54,882 nt of DNA from an uncultured Mycoplasmatota bacterium (GTDB lineage Bacteria > Bacillota_I > Bacilli_A > RF39 > UBA660): assembly GCA_947576095.1 (NCBI GenBank), contig CANPPW010000004.1, positions 1-54,882 of the forward strand, written 5' to 3'. Below, piece after piece: positions 28,553-39,297 of the stretch. The notes beneath the pieces were generated by a model, which worked only from the letters and a program-made list of their open reading frames with translations, was not told the origin of the DNA and searched no databases. How positions within the stretch are numbered: position 1 is the first letter of the stretch; each line of letters opens with the position of its first letter. Made by a program: the position numbers and the translations under genes.

Positions 28553-29800
28553 TTAATTTAATTTTATTTTAGCACCTACATTTGTTAATTTTTCAACGAT
28601 ATTTTCATATCCTCTAAGAACATGTTCAACATTATCAATCGTTGTGGTTCCATTTGCAACCAAAGCAGCCATAATCATACATGCACCTGCTCTTAAATCT
28701 GTCGCTTCTACAGTTGAAGCATGCAAAGGTGTTTTTCCAGACACAATTATTTTTTGATTATGAATCGTTTTTATATTGGCACCCATATTTATTAAATGAG
28801 AAACATTTTGAAATCTATTTTCATAAACCGTTTCTTCTACTATACCTTCGCCTTCACATTGTGTTAATAAGGTTGTAAAGGGTTGCTGCAAGTCTGTAGC
28901 AAACCCAGGATATCCGAGTGTTTTAATAGAAACACTCTTTAAAGGAGAGCGATTAATGATAATAAAATCTTCTTCTATCCTCATGTCTGCTCCCATTTCA
29001 TGTAACTTTGTAAGAAGAGCCTGAATATGTTCAGGAATTAAACCTTGTATTTTTAAATTTCTTCCTAACATAGCTCCCATCATCACATAAGTTCCCGCCT
29101 CAATACGATCTGGAATCACTTCATGAAAACATCCCTTTAGCCTACTCACACCTATTATTTTAATCTGACTGGTTCCTGCACCTTCTATTTTGGCTCCCAT
29201 ACTATTTAAAAATGTTGCTACATTTACAATTTCTGGTTCTCTTGCTGCATTATTTATTGTAGTAATCCCCTTTGCCTTTACCGATGCAAGTATTGTATTA
29301 ATGGTTGCACCAACACTTGGCATATCTAAATAAATATCGGCACCATTTAGATTTTCAGCTTCAATTCGAAAATGATCATCTAACTCTTCTACAGTAGCCC
29401 CTAAAGCCCGAAAGGCTTTTAATGTCTGATCAATGGGTCTAGCTCCAATAGAACAGCCTCCTGGAAAATACATTTCTACTTTTTTATATTTTCCTAAAAG
29501 GGCAGCCATAAAATAATAAGACGCTCTAAGTTTACTAGAAATTTCTTTAGGAATTTCCTTATTTTCAACATTAGAAGAATCTATTTGTATTGCACCATTT
29601 ACCCTTTTTACACGTGCATTTAAAAACTGTAAAATTTCATTTAACGCATCAATATCTGAAATATTAGGAATGTTATCAATGGTAACAATATCATCAGATA
29701 ATAATGATGCAGGTATAAGAGCCACTGCACTATTTTTTGCTCCACTAATAGGAATGACCCCTGTAAGTTCATATCCACCTTCAATAATCAATTGTTTCAT
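28553..29800 (-). CDS. murA: UDP-N-acetylglucosamine 1-carboxyvinyltransferase
   Basis: SGAKN, LRASY, PGGCSIGARP, DRIEAGT, DLRAGA; the fba-mur-rpmE synteny suggests the MurAB/MurZ type. Confidence 0.96.
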   Translation of the reverse strand: MKQLIIEGGYELTGVIPISGAKNSAVALIPASLLSDDIVTIDNIPNISDIDALNEILQFLNARVKRVNGAIQIDSSNVENKEIPKEISSKLRASYYFMAALLGKYKKVEMYFPGGCSIGARPIDQTLKAFRALGATVEELDDHFRIEAENLNGADIYLDMPSVGATINTILASVKAKGITTINNAAREPEIVNVATFLNSMGAKIEGAGTSQIKIIGVSRLKGCFHEVIPDRIEAGTYVMMGAMLGRNLKIQGLIPEHIQALLTKLHEMGADMRIEEDFIIINRSPLKSVSIKTLGYPGFATDLQQPFTTLLTQCEGEGIVEETVYENRFQNVSHLINMGANIKTIHNQKIIVSGKTPLHASTVEATDLRAGACMIMAALVANGTTTIDNVEHVLRGYENIVEKLTNVGAKIKLN

Positions 29801-29861
29801 AATTACGCCTCCTTATAAAGGTTTTCCACTATATGTATATGTAAAGATTGTATTTTTGTCC

Positions 29862-30710
29862 CTATACCTTTAAAGAATCATGTAAAATATTCAACTTATT
29901 ATGAATGCATTTCTTTATTTCAGTTTCTCCAGATTTTATTATTTTTCTCGGATCATAAATACCTGCATTTTCGGATATAAATTTTCGGACTGCCTTTGCC
30001 CATGCTATTTGAAGTTCTGTATTAATATTAATCTTACAAATACCGTTTTGGATAGATTTTTGAAGTATATCATCAGGTATACCTGTACCACCATGTAAAA
30101 CAAGGGGAATTTCTACCATATTAGAAATTTTTCTCATCCTAGTGAAATCCAATTGTGGCTCTCCCTCATATAATCCATGTACACTTCCTAAGGCAGGGGC
30201 CAAACAGTCAATATGTGTTTGCTTTACAAAGGTAATACAATCTTCTACCTTGGCATACATATTTCCTTTTGAAGAATTTAAATTTTCAAAAATAGCTCCT
30301 ACTTCAGCTTCTACACTAACATTTTTTGTTTTTGCATAAGCTACGACTTCCTTTGTAATCTCTATATTTTTTTCTAATGATTCTCTAGATGAATCAATCA
30401 TTACAGAAGTAAAACCTGCATCAATTGCTTTTTTACAAGATAAAATACTTTTCCCATGATCTAGATGAAGAACTACCTTAATAGTAATACCTAAATCTTT
30501 TATAAGAGAAGTTACAAGAAAATAAACGACATGATAGCCGCCCATATATGTTATAGCACCCTCACTTACACCTAGTATTACTGGTTTTTTTTCTAATTCA
30601 CATTGTTCTAGAATATACTTTGTCCACTCTAAATTATTTATATTAAACTGAATAATGGCAAATTTTCCCTTTTTCGCTTCATTAAGAAGTTCATTCATGT
30701 TTACTAGCAT
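29862..30710 (-). CDS. fba: Class II fructose-bisphosphate aldolase
   Basis: LHLDHG, GFTSVMID, GSVHG, VLHGGTG, KININTE. Confidence 0.95.
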   Translation of the reverse strand: MLVNMNELLNEAKKGKFAIIQFNINNLEWTKYILEQCELEKKPVILGVSEGAITYMGGYHVVYFLVTSLIKDLGITIKVVLHLDHGKSILSCKKAIDAGFTSVMIDSSRESLEKNIEITKEVVAYAKTKNVSVEAEVGAIFENLNSSKGNMYAKVEDCITFVKQTHIDCLAPALGSVHGLYEGEPQLDFTRMRKISNMVEIPLVLHGGTGIPDDILQKSIQNGICKININTELQIAWAKAVRKFISENAGIYDPRKIIKSGETEIKKCIHNKLNILHDSLKV

Positions 30711-30797
30711 TCTACCACCTATATTCATTATAATATGAAATAAAAAAATTGTAAACCTATAGGAAATATAGTATTTACATGTTATTATTTTTATATT

Positions 30798-31328
30798 CTA
30801 AAATAGATATAATACACCTAAAGCAATCAAAATACCTCCTCCAATAATAGTCGATATTTTTCCAAATAAAGAATTTATTTTTTTACCTAAGATAAGTCCT
30901 AAATAAGTAAATATAAAGCTTGCTAGTGAGAAAATAATAGAACATATTATATAATTATTGGTGATAACTTTTAATCCAATACCAACCGAAAAACTATCGA
31001 TACTGACAGCAAGACCAAATAAAAGAAGTTCTATTTTATTCATATATTTAATAGTATCCTCTTTTTTAAAGGATTCTATAATCATTTGCATGCCAATGAT
31101 TAAAAGAACCAAAAATACGATAATATCTGGATCTATTTTTATGATATGTAAAAGAAAATTGCCAACAAAAAGACCAATAAGTGGCATAAAAAAATGGTAT
31201 ATTCCAACAACAACAGACAATAGAATAATATCTTTTCTATTAAGATTTAATGTACCATATGCCAAAGATAATGAAAAAGCATCCATACTAAGTGAAACAG
31301 CAATCATGATTATCATTATTACATGCAT
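30798..31328 (-). CDS. mntP: Manganese efflux pump MntP family
   Basis: Duplicated SMDAF/SIDSF motifs, multi-TM. Confidence 0.88.
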   Translation of the reverse strand: MHVIMIIMIAVSLSMDAFSLSLAYGTLNLNRKDIILLSVVVGIYHFFMPLIGLFVGNFLLHIIKIDPDIIVFLVLLIIGMQMIIESFKKEDTIKYMNKIELLLFGLAVSIDSFSVGIGLKVITNNYIICSIIFSLASFIFTYLGLILGKKINSLFGKISTIIGGGILIALGVLYLF

Positions 31329-31379
31329 AATAAAACCTCCTATTCCATTATATGGAAAAAGAGGTTTTTTAAACATACT

Positions 31380-31904
31380 TTATAAATATTTATCTATTAA
31401 TTCTTCTACAAATAATTTATACTCTACTTCATCACTCTCATCTGCCTCAATCATACATAACGGTGGAAACAAAACACACCACCAATTGTCGCCTTTTCCT
31501 TCTCCCAGTGTAACAACTAAAGATTCATAGTCACCTGCTTTATAGGTAACTCCTTTATATTCCTTTTCGGGAAAATAATTCATACCATAGTGAATTTGAT
31601 ATCCTAAAGTATAATTTTCTTTATTTAAAACATTAGATACGGCAGAATCAATAACTGGTAAATTATTTTTTAAATGATTTCTAGCATCATCTAGTCCCTT
31701 AGTATCTTTTAATACAGCAAAAACTTCCTTTTCTACTTCGCTCTTTACTTTCATTTTAATAGATTGATCATACTCTGTATTACTATTAGGAACAATACGC
31801 ATACGAATCGCATCACTTGGAATCATATCTGCTTTTTCAATAAACCTTCCAATTCCTATATAAGTCATAAAAATAGCAGTTAATAATAATATTGTTTTCT
31901 TCAT
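31380..31904 (-). CDS. spoIIR: Stage II sporulation protein R
   Basis: IRMRIVPNS...DQ..K, FP.K.Y, GEGKGDNWWCVLFPPLC. Confidence 0.95.
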   Translation of the reverse strand: MKKTILLLTAIFMTYIGIGRFIEKADMIPSDAIRMRIVPNSNTEYDQSIKMKVKSEVEKEVFAVLKDTKGLDDARNHLKNNLPVIDSAVSNVLNKENYTLGYQIHYGMNYFPEKEYKGVTYKAGDYESLVVTLGEGKGDNWWCVLFPPLCMIEADESDEVEYKLFVEELIDKYL

Positions 31905-31953
31905 AAAAAATCGCCTCTATTACATAGTGGACGATTGTTTATTTTTTTATACA

Positions 31954-32409
31954 CTATTTATGATAAGATTCATGATTTATAATCTTATAAGATCGATAAA
32001 TTTGCTCCAATAAAACAATTCTAAATAGTTGATGAGGAAAAGTAAGTTTAGAAAATGATAATAAAAGATGGGATCTTTTTTTTATGCTATCATGAACACC
32101 TACTGAACCTCCTATAATAAATATAATGTTAGGATAATGAATAAATATTTTTTCAATTGTATCAGCAAATAACAAAGAAGACATGCTTGTCCCCTCAATT
32201 GCCAAAGTAATAATATAATCTCGACTTGAAATGTATTTTAAAATAGATTCTTTTTCTCTTTCCATTTGGAGAGATGGATTATCTAAATCAACATCGGGTA
32301 CTTCAATAATTTCTAATTTTGTATATCTAGATATTCTTTTTTTATATTCTTCTAATGCTTCTAAATAAAATTTTTCTTTTATCTTTCCAACACATATTAT
32401 TTTTATCAT
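31954..32409 (-). CDS. rlmH: 23S rRNA m3Psi1915 methyltransferase
   Basis: CVGKIKEK, FIIGGS.G, TFPHQL.R..LLEQIYR, YHK. Confidence 0.97.
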   Translation of the reverse strand: MIKIICVGKIKEKFYLEALEEYKKRISRYTKLEIIEVPDVDLDNPSLQMEREKESILKYISSRDYIITLAIEGTSMSSLLFADTIEKIFIHYPNIIFIIGGSVGVHDSIKKRSHLLLSFSKLTFPHQLFRIVLLEQIYRSYKIINHESYHK

Positions 32410-33170
32410 ACTTCTACTACCTCTGTTGCCACATCTTGTTTAGCGATAGAAATAGAAGGAAAAGTAATATCTTTTTTCTTTAATGTTTGATAAAGAGTAT
32501 CTAAAGCTTTCTTTTCTGTATTGTTTTCATGAGACAAATGAGCTAAAAATACCTTCTTAGTATGATTCCCAATGATTTTAGACAAATAATAGGATGAATC
32601 TATATTCGATAAATGTCCACGATCTCCCAAAATACGTTGTTTTATGTGATAAGGATAATGTCCATTCATAAGCATTTCAACATCGTGATTACTTTCTATA
32701 ATATAAACATCTTTATTGGTTATTTTCTGTAAATTTCTCTCAGAAATATATCCTGTATCAGTCACATAAACAATTTCTTTCCCTTCACTTGTTATTAAAT
32801 ATCCAACAGAATCTTCCGTATCATGTGAGGTTTTAAAAGATTCAATTAAAATAGTATCCAATAGAATTTGATGATCTATAAATACAACTTCTGCATTTAG
32901 TAACACCTCTTTTAAATCTATATATACTTTATATGGCAAATAAATAGTAGGATGATATTTTTTTATAAATACTTTCAAGCCAGCTGTGTGATCAATATGA
33001 CTATGTGTAATAAAAATACTATCAATCATATTAGGTTCCACACCAAGGGTTCTTAGTCTTTTTTCTGTAGCAAGACTAGTAAGACCAATATCAATAAGAA
33101 TATGATGATTCAAACTTGCAATATAGGTACTATTGCCTTTAGATCCACTTGCTAAAACACAAACTTTCAT
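32406..33170 (-). CDS. walJ: MBL-fold exonuclease WalJ/YycJ
   Basis: LASGSKGN, THSHIDH, SHD, TDTG, ESNHD, GHLSN, HLS.ENN. Confidence 0.9.
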   Translation of the reverse strand: MKVCVLASGSKGNSTYIASLNHHILIDIGLTSLATEKRLRTLGVEPNMIDSIFITHSHIDHTAGLKVFIKKYHPTIYLPYKVYIDLKEVLLNAEVVFIDHQILLDTILIESFKTSHDTEDSVGYLITSEGKEIVYVTDTGYISERNLQKITNKDVYIIESNHDVEMLMNGHYPYHIKQRILGDRGHLSNIDSSYYLSKIIGNHTKKVFLAHLSHENNTEKKALDTLYQTLKKKDITFPSISIAKQDVATEVVEV

Positions 33171-33171
33171 T

Positions 33172-34626
33172 TTAACCATGTACCTTATGTGGATTGATAT
33201 TGGTTCCACCTTTCCAAGGAGGTCCCCCTACCCAAAGTTCATAATGAAGGTGTGGCCCTGTAGCTGAACCAGTCATACCCATATCCCCAATTCTCTGACC
33301 TTTGCTTACAACTTGACCCACTTTTACAGATCTTCTAGACATATGGGCATATAGTGTATAATAGCCATTATTATGATTGATAATCGCACAAATTCCATAA
33401 CTAGAATCACAATTTGTAGAATACACAACACCATTATTAGAAGAATAAATAGGAGAACCATATCCTGCAGCAATGTCTAATGCTGGATGAAGCTGTCTAA
33501 TTCTTTTAATAGGATGGATCCGATAAGCATAATTAGAAGTAATCGTATATCCACTAGCTGTTGGCCAAGCCCAGTTTGTTAAAGTACCAACACTTGGAAC
33601 CATTTTTTGACCACGAATCACAACTTCATTAATTGTTGGTTTTAATTCCTCTTTAGATACTGGGTCTACATAAACCATTACATTATTTTCATATTTTATA
33701 TTTTGAACAACTCTCTCCAATCCATTCTCACCTTTTTGAGTAATTAAATCATCTCCAACAAGTCTAGAGGCATCATATTTTTCCTCAATACGATATTTAC
33801 TCTCAATATCTTCTACAACATAAGATTCGACAATTACTTTTACTTGAGGATTTAAATATGAAATTGCAATTTGCTGACCAATATATAAAAGATTCTTTAT
33901 AGATTTGATTTCTGGATTGGAAACTAAAAGTTCTTCTACACTGACTTGATTATTAAAAGCAACTGTTTCTACAGTATCATTTGCATTAACTGTATAATAT
34001 TGTTTTTGAACATTTTCACCAAACAAAAGAAATTGACTGAGTTCTACTTCATCCTGATAAATTTTTTCAGAAACAGGAATATTAACTTCCTTGACTGTAA
34101 TATCATTATTAATATAAATATTTTGGATCATAGATCCTGTCTCTGTAACTGGCATTTGGGTACCATTTTTATAAGCATTATAATTATCAGTTCCTACAAA
34201 AGAGGCAATTGTTTTTTCTAGAGCTTTTTTAAAAATATTTTTATTTAATACATATATTTTAGAATCACCAGATTCTTGTTTAACAGTAAATTGATACCCT
34301 TTCACAGTAAAATCTTTTCTTTTTTTTATTTCATTATAAATTTTCTCTACTGATTGTAAACGATTACGATAAGTAGTAATTCTCTTTACCTCAAGTCCAT
34401 TTGGTGAATATACTTTTTTAACATGCAAAGTTTTTTTGATTTTTTCTCCTTTTTTATCAATATATTTTTCTAATTCATCTTTGGAATGAATTACTCCTAA
34501 TAATTCATCATCTAAATATACACCATAATATGTATCAGGACTTATAATGGGTTTACTACGAAACCCCAATGTAAAAACACAGACAAATAAAAGGACAATA
34601 CTTATGATTGCAATATATTTTTTCAT
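33172..34626 (-). CDS. LysM/G5/M23 cell-wall endopeptidase
   Basis: N-terminal anchor, LysM (YTVNANDT), G5 (QKGENG), M23 HxxxD, YAHM, TGPHLH. Confidence 0.92.
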   Translation of the reverse strand: MKKYIAIISIVLLFVCVFTLGFRSKPIISPDTYYGVYLDDELLGVIHSKDELEKYIDKKGEKIKKTLHVKKVYSPNGLEVKRITTYRNRLQSVEKIYNEIKKRKDFTVKGYQFTVKQESGDSKIYVLNKNIFKKALEKTIASFVGTDNYNAYKNGTQMPVTETGSMIQNIYINNDITVKEVNIPVSEKIYQDEVELSQFLLFGENVQKQYYTVNANDTVETVAFNNQVSVEELLVSNPEIKSIKNLLYIGQQIAISYLNPQVKVIVESYVVEDIESKYRIEEKYDASRLVGDDLITQKGENGLERVVQNIKYENNVMVYVDPVSKEELKPTINEVVIRGQKMVPSVGTLTNWAWPTASGYTITSNYAYRIHPIKRIRQLHPALDIAAGYGSPIYSSNNGVVYSTNCDSSYGICAIINHNNGYYTLYAHMSRRSVKVGQVVSKGQRIGDMGMTGSATGPHLHYELWVGGPPWKGGTNINPHKVHG

Positions 34627-35972
34627 GAATCACCAACTCTTTCATTTGCTACATTTACAAAAGTAGATGTATTTCTTTTAAAAATCAAATCAATTGTTGT
34701 AGTAGGACCACTTCTGTGTTTTCCAATAATAAATTCACTTCGACTTGTATTTTCATCAATCGCTGCCTCTTTATTATAATAATCATCTCTATAAAGAAAA
34801 GCAACAATATCAGCATCTTGTTCAATAGATCCAGATTCTCTTAAATCACTCAAAATAGGTCTTTTTTCATCTCTGCCTTCTACACTACGAGAAAGCTGGG
34901 CGAGAGCTATAACAGGTACCTCTAACTCCATTGCTAGTGTTTTTAATGATCTTGATATTTCACTAACCTCTTGCTGGCGATTTCCGGCATATTTTGTACC
35001 TCCACTAATCAATTGCAAATAATCGATAATAATAGCACCCAAATTTTTTTGAGTAGAGGCAAGTCTTCGACATTTAGCACGAATTTCACCAATATTCATT
35101 CCTGGGGTATCATCTATAAATACTTTCGTTTCAGAAAGTTTACTACAGGCTGCTTCTAATTTTTTCCAATCTTCATGATTAAATCTCGCATTTTTCATTT
35201 TAGAAAGTTCTATTTGTCCCGCTGAAGCAATCATACGATTAGCAAGTTGCTCAGCACTCATTTCCATATTAAAAAGGGCTACTGCTTTATCATTTAATTT
35301 TGAAATATTAACTGCTAAATTGAGGGCAAAAGCTGTCTTTCCCATAGCTGGTCTAGCAGCAATGATAATCAGTTCATTTTCATGAAATCCACTAGTTACT
35401 TTATCCAAATCATAAAACCCTGTAGAAATTCCAGTAACTTCACCACGGTTTTGTGAAAGTTTTTCTAAATCAGATTGTGCCTTCATTAAAACTTCAGTAA
35501 TCGATTTAAATTCTGTCCCTTTTCTTGTTTTCACTACATTTAAAATTTTCTTTTCAGCGGTATCTAATACATTGCTTATATCCTCTTTAGCATTATAAGC
35601 ATCTGTAGCAATTTCATTTGCTTCATGTATTAAACGTCTTAAAATTGCTTTTTCTTCAACAATTTTAATATATTCATCTATATTGGAGGCACTAGGAACA
35701 GAAGATACGATTTCTGTTAAATATTCTACGCCACCAATGCTATTTAAATACTTCTTTTTTTCTAACATTTCTGTTGCAGTTGTCATATCAATGGGAACAT
35801 TCTTCTCAGATAAGTCTACTAAAACTTCAAATATTTTACTATGTGCATCTAAATAAAAGAGTTCCTTTTGAAGAGTTTCTACACCTCTTTGCAAAGCATA
35901 CTTTGATAAAAACATAGCTCCCAATACAGATTGTTCAGCTGAAACATTATGTGGAATATTTCTTTCTGTCAT
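34623..35972 (-). CDS. dnaB: Replicative DNA helicase
   Basis: AARPAMGKT, IDYLQL, QLSR, DLRESGSIEQDAD. Confidence 0.98.
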   Translation of the reverse strand: MTERNIPHNVSAEQSVLGAMFLSKYALQRGVETLQKELFYLDAHSKIFEVLVDLSEKNVPIDMTTATEMLEKKKYLNSIGGVEYLTEIVSSVPSASNIDEYIKIVEEKAILRRLIHEANEIATDAYNAKEDISNVLDTAEKKILNVVKTRKGTEFKSITEVLMKAQSDLEKLSQNRGEVTGISTGFYDLDKVTSGFHENELIIIAARPAMGKTAFALNLAVNISKLNDKAVALFNMEMSAEQLANRMIASAGQIELSKMKNARFNHEDWKKLEAACSKLSETKVFIDDTPGMNIGEIRAKCRRLASTQKNLGAIIIDYLQLISGGTKYAGNRQQEVSEISRSLKTLAMELEVPVIALAQLSRSVEGRDEKRPILSDLRESGSIEQDADIVAFLYRDDYYNKEAAIDENTSRSEFIIGKHRSGPTTTIDLIFKRNTSTFVNVANERVGDS

Positions 35973-35978
35973 ATGGTT

Positions 35979-36422
35979 TTACTTCTCCTTAACAAGTTCT
36001 ATTCTTACAATCGCTTCTACTTCTTTATGAAGTTCAATACATACATTATGAAATCCAAGAGATGTAAGTTCATTATCTAATTTAATCTTTTTCTTATCAA
36101 TTAGAATATCATTTTTTTTAAGTTCATTTACAATTTGTTTTGTACTAACACTACCAAATACACGATCTGCTGCTCCTGTTTTTACAGCCATTTTAATTTT
36201 TAATTTTTCTAATTGTTCTTTTAATTTTTGACACTGTTGTTTTTCTAAAGCATCTTTAAGGGCTTTTTCTTCAACTTCTTTATGAAGACGAGTAAGACTC
36301 CCTTCTGTAGCCACCACTGCCGAACCACTTTTTATAAGAAAGTTAGCATACCCATTAGCAACTTCTTTTACTTCTCCCTTTTTTCCTTGTTTTTTAACAT
36401 CTTTTAAAAATATAATTTTCAT
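35979..36422 (-). CDS. rplI: 50S ribosomal protein L9
   Basis: [19 protein letters not shown]. Confidence 0.97.
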   Translation of the reverse strand: MKIIFLKDVKKQGKKGEVKEVANGYANFLIKSGSAVVATEGSLTRLHKEVEEKALKDALEKQQCQKLKEQLEKLKIKMAVKTGAADRVFGSVSTKQIVNELKKNDILIDKKKIKLDNELTSLGFHNVCIELHKEVEAIVRIELVKEK

Positions 36423-36432
36423 ACTTTCACCT

Positions 36433-37398
36433 CTATTTCAACATGTTTTCAATCTTTATTTTTATTTTAGATAGACTTTGTCCTTCTACCCTTGCAGCAG
36501 CATCCGTTTTATGGCCACCACCACCAAATTGTTTCATTACTTTTTCAACATTTATTTTTCCTAATGATCTTGCACTAATACCGATAATTCCCTTTTCAAC
36601 ATGACCTATTGCAAAAGAAGCCTCTACATCTTCAATCTGCAAAAGTTCTTCTGCTATTTTAGCAAGTTCACTTCCTTTATGAATGTTATTATCAAGCATA
36701 CATAATATCATATTTTCATTAATCATATAGCTATTTTTTAAAAGTTTCTGTCTCCGTATAAATGTTTTTTTATTTTCTTGAAATAATTCCTGTTTCACAA
36801 CATTATCTGCACCATTTTCCATTAAATATGCACCAGCCAAATATGTATTGGTTGTTGTTTTTATATTAAAGTTATTCGTATCAATATACATCCCAGCTAA
36901 CATAATAGTTGCAACAACTGGTTCTATAGTCTGCTTTTCTAGTTTTAAAAAATCAACAATAATTTCAACTGTACTAGAAACACTTGTTTTAATATAATCT
37001 AAATCTGTATCTGAAATAATATTTTCTCCCTTAATATGATGGTCTATAATTACAACACTACCTACATTATCAATTAAATAAGGTACTTCAACCATCTCTT
37101 TTTTATGTACATCTAAAATAATTAAAAGTGTATGTGGGGTTGCTAAATCTAGAGCTTCCATGCTATCTATAAAAGAGAATTTTCTTTTTCTAGTAATTTT
37201 TTCTAATGCCTTAGAGATAGAATCATCTTGTTCTGATTTATTTGTAATAATAAAAACATTTTTATTATATTTTTCAATAATTTCATAAAGTCCCAAAGAT
37301 GCACCAAATCCATCTAAATCCATATATCTATGTGTCATAATACATATGGATTCTGCTTTTTTGATCATCCCTTTTAGTCTATCAAAGAAAGTAATCAT
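36433..37398 (-). CDS. DHH/DHHA1 phosphoesterase (GdpP catalytic domain only)
   Basis: DLD, IDHH, SARS, GGGGH; occupies the gdpP position before rplI. Confidence 0.88.
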   Translation of the reverse strand: MITFFDRLKGMIKKAESICIMTHRYMDLDGFGASLGLYEIIEKYNKNVFIITNKSEQDDSISKALEKITRKRKFSFIDSMEALDLATPHTLLIILDVHKKEMVEVPYLIDNVGSVVIIDHHIKGENIISDTDLDYIKTSVSSTVEIIVDFLKLEKQTIEPVVATIMLAGMYIDTNNFNIKTTTNTYLAGAYLMENGADNVVKQELFQENKKTFIRRQKLLKNSYMINENMILCMLDNNIHKGSELAKIAEELLQIEDVEASFAIGHVEKGIIGISARSLGKINVEKVMKQFGGGGHKTDAAARVEGQSLSKIKIKIENMLK

Positions 37399-37480
37399 CT
37401 TACCACCTCACATATTTTATATTATACTATATTTTTTATATCTTGTCTTTATTATCCGAAAAAGGCATAGAAAAAAGAGG

Positions 37481-38188
37481 TTAGAAACCCCATCTTTTAA
37501 CATTAAACTCAACATTTTTATAAGAAAGTGCTTTTTCACTTGCTGCATCAATTGCTAAATCAATGTGAACATTTCCATTTTTCCATGCAGCTATCATACT
37601 TCCCCCTGTATCTAAAACAATACCATGAAAATTACCAGATGTATGATTTACTTCAATGATAGTTCCTACTGGAAATTTAGCATGAGCAGCCGAAAGAATA
37701 CGAACTGTTCCATAAGTATTATCATTATAATAAACACTTTTCTTAAGATCATACCCACTACTCGTTTTACAAACTGAGCGGTTAGGACAATTATAATACA
37801 TCGTCATAATCCCTATAAAAGAAGATCCTGTATTCACATTAGATGAAGTAGGAGCTACTTTTTTTTCTACGTATGTTCCAATTTCTATCACTTCATTTAT
37901 AGGATTTTTAATAACCCTTGAAATTCCATTATCATTATTTCGGACTATATATCCATCTTCACCCTTTACGAGAATGGATGTATCTCCATTTGGTTTTGTA
38001 TGATTGTATCTGATTTCTGTTTTATGAGCAATGACTTCTGTTGTCATATTTAAACTCATATTTTTATTTGTATTCTCACAAACAATTTTGTCTTCTTTAT
38101 AAATTCCTAAAAAGGATACAAAAGACACAAACAGAAAACCTATCCATTTTAGAATTAGATCAATCAAGAATAGATTCATTTGTTTCAC
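37481..38188 (-). CDS. G5 + 3D domain protein (YabE-like)
   Basis: N-terminal TM, G5 (KGEDG..P.NEVIEIGT), 3D-like DTGG...IDL; follows tatD. Confidence 0.75.
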   Translation of the reverse strand: MKQMNLFLIDLILKWIGFLFVSFVSFLGIYKEDKIVCENTNKNMSLNMTTEVIAHKTEIRYNHTKPNGDTSILVKGEDGYIVRNNDNGISRVIKNPINEVIEIGTYVEKKVAPTSSNVNTGSSFIGIMTMYYNCPNRSVCKTSSGYDLKKSVYYNDNTYGTVRILSAAHAKFPVGTIIEVNHTSGNFHGIVLDTGGSMIAAWKNGNVHIDLAIDAASEKALSYKNVEFNVKRWGF

Positions 38189-38217
38189 CTCATATTTAAG
38201 TTAACAACAAAATTCTA

Positions 38218-38973
38218 TCATAATTTAATAGGCAAGTCAAATTGGCATATTGCATTATCTGTAGTCTTTTCCAATACCATTTCTAAAGTAAGGCCTTTAA
38301 TTTCGGCAATTTTTTGTGCAACATAATACACATTAAAAGGCTCATTGACTTTTCCCCTAAATGGTTCTGGTGAAAGATATGGACTATCTGTTTCTAACAG
38401 CAAATATCTGATATCTATATCTTGTACCACTTCTTTAAGTTTTATACCATTTTTAAATGTTACTACACCTCCTATACCAAACATAACATGAAATTTTTGA
38501 AATCTTTTTGCCATTTCTATACTATAACTATAACAATGCAAAACAATTTTTATACAATCAATCTTTTCTTCCTCTAATATATTATATGTATCTATTGCGG
38601 CATCTCTACTATGAATAACCACCGTTTTTTGATATTTTTTGGCAAGGGTTAATTGTTTTTTAAACCATTTTTTTTGTAAATCCTTACAATCTAAATCATA
38701 ATGATAATCAAGTCCGATTTCCCCAATTCCTACAATTTTAGGATGATTTAGATGTTTTTCAATATATTCTAAATGTTCATCTAAAGCACTTAAAACTTCC
38801 TCTGGATGAATTCCAATAGTTCCATAAACGTTAGAATACTGTTCTATTATTTTTAATACAAATTCATTCGTTTTTTGATTACATCCACTTACAATGATTT
38901 TCCCATTACCCATTTTTTGAATAATTTCGTCAAGATTTTCAAAATTGTCTAAATGACAGTGTGTATCAATCAT
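38218..38973 (-). CDS. tatD: TatD family DNase
   Basis: IDTHCH, GEIGLDY, IHSR, ETDSPYL. Confidence 0.96.
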   Translation of the reverse strand: MIDTHCHLDNFENLDEIIQKMGNGKIIVSGCNQKTNEFVLKIIEQYSNVYGTIGIHPEEVLSALDEHLEYIEKHLNHPKIVGIGEIGLDYHYDLDCKDLQKKWFKKQLTLAKKYQKTVVIHSRDAAIDTYNILEEEKIDCIKIVLHCYSYSIEMAKRFQKFHVMFGIGGVVTFKNGIKLKEVVQDIDIRYLLLETDSPYLSPEPFRGKVNEPFNVYYVAQKIAEIKGLTLEMVLEKTTDNAICQFDLPIKL

Positions 38974-39023
38974 AACTTTTCCTTCTTTCCATAAAAAAAT
39001 TATACCATTATAAGTATAATTTT

Positions 39024-39197
39024 CTATTCATTTAATAATCTTATTTTTATATAACGTATAATCACTACTACTAAAAATACAAAATAAACAAAATCTAATA
39101 ATTTAAAATCTATTATCAAGTTTCCTATAACAAGTAAGGTTAATACCGTAAACAAAAGCACTACATATTTGTCACTAATTTTATTTTCTCCAAACAT
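39024..39197 (-). CDS. Small 57-aa two-TM membrane protein (not in ORF track)
   Basis: GAGGGA RBS; MFGENKISDKYVVLLFTVLTLLVIGNLIIDFKLLDFVYFVFLVVVIIRYIKIRLLNE. Confidence 0.7.
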   Translation of the reverse strand: MFGENKISDKYVVLLFTVLTLLVIGNLIIDFKLLDFVYFVFLVVVIIRYIKIRLLNE

Positions 39198-39297
39198 GCC
39201 TATCCCTCTCTATTTTTTACGACATATTCAATATATCATACCTATATAGAGAATTTCAAACGTTTTAAATCCAATTGTTTCGACAATTTACACAGTT

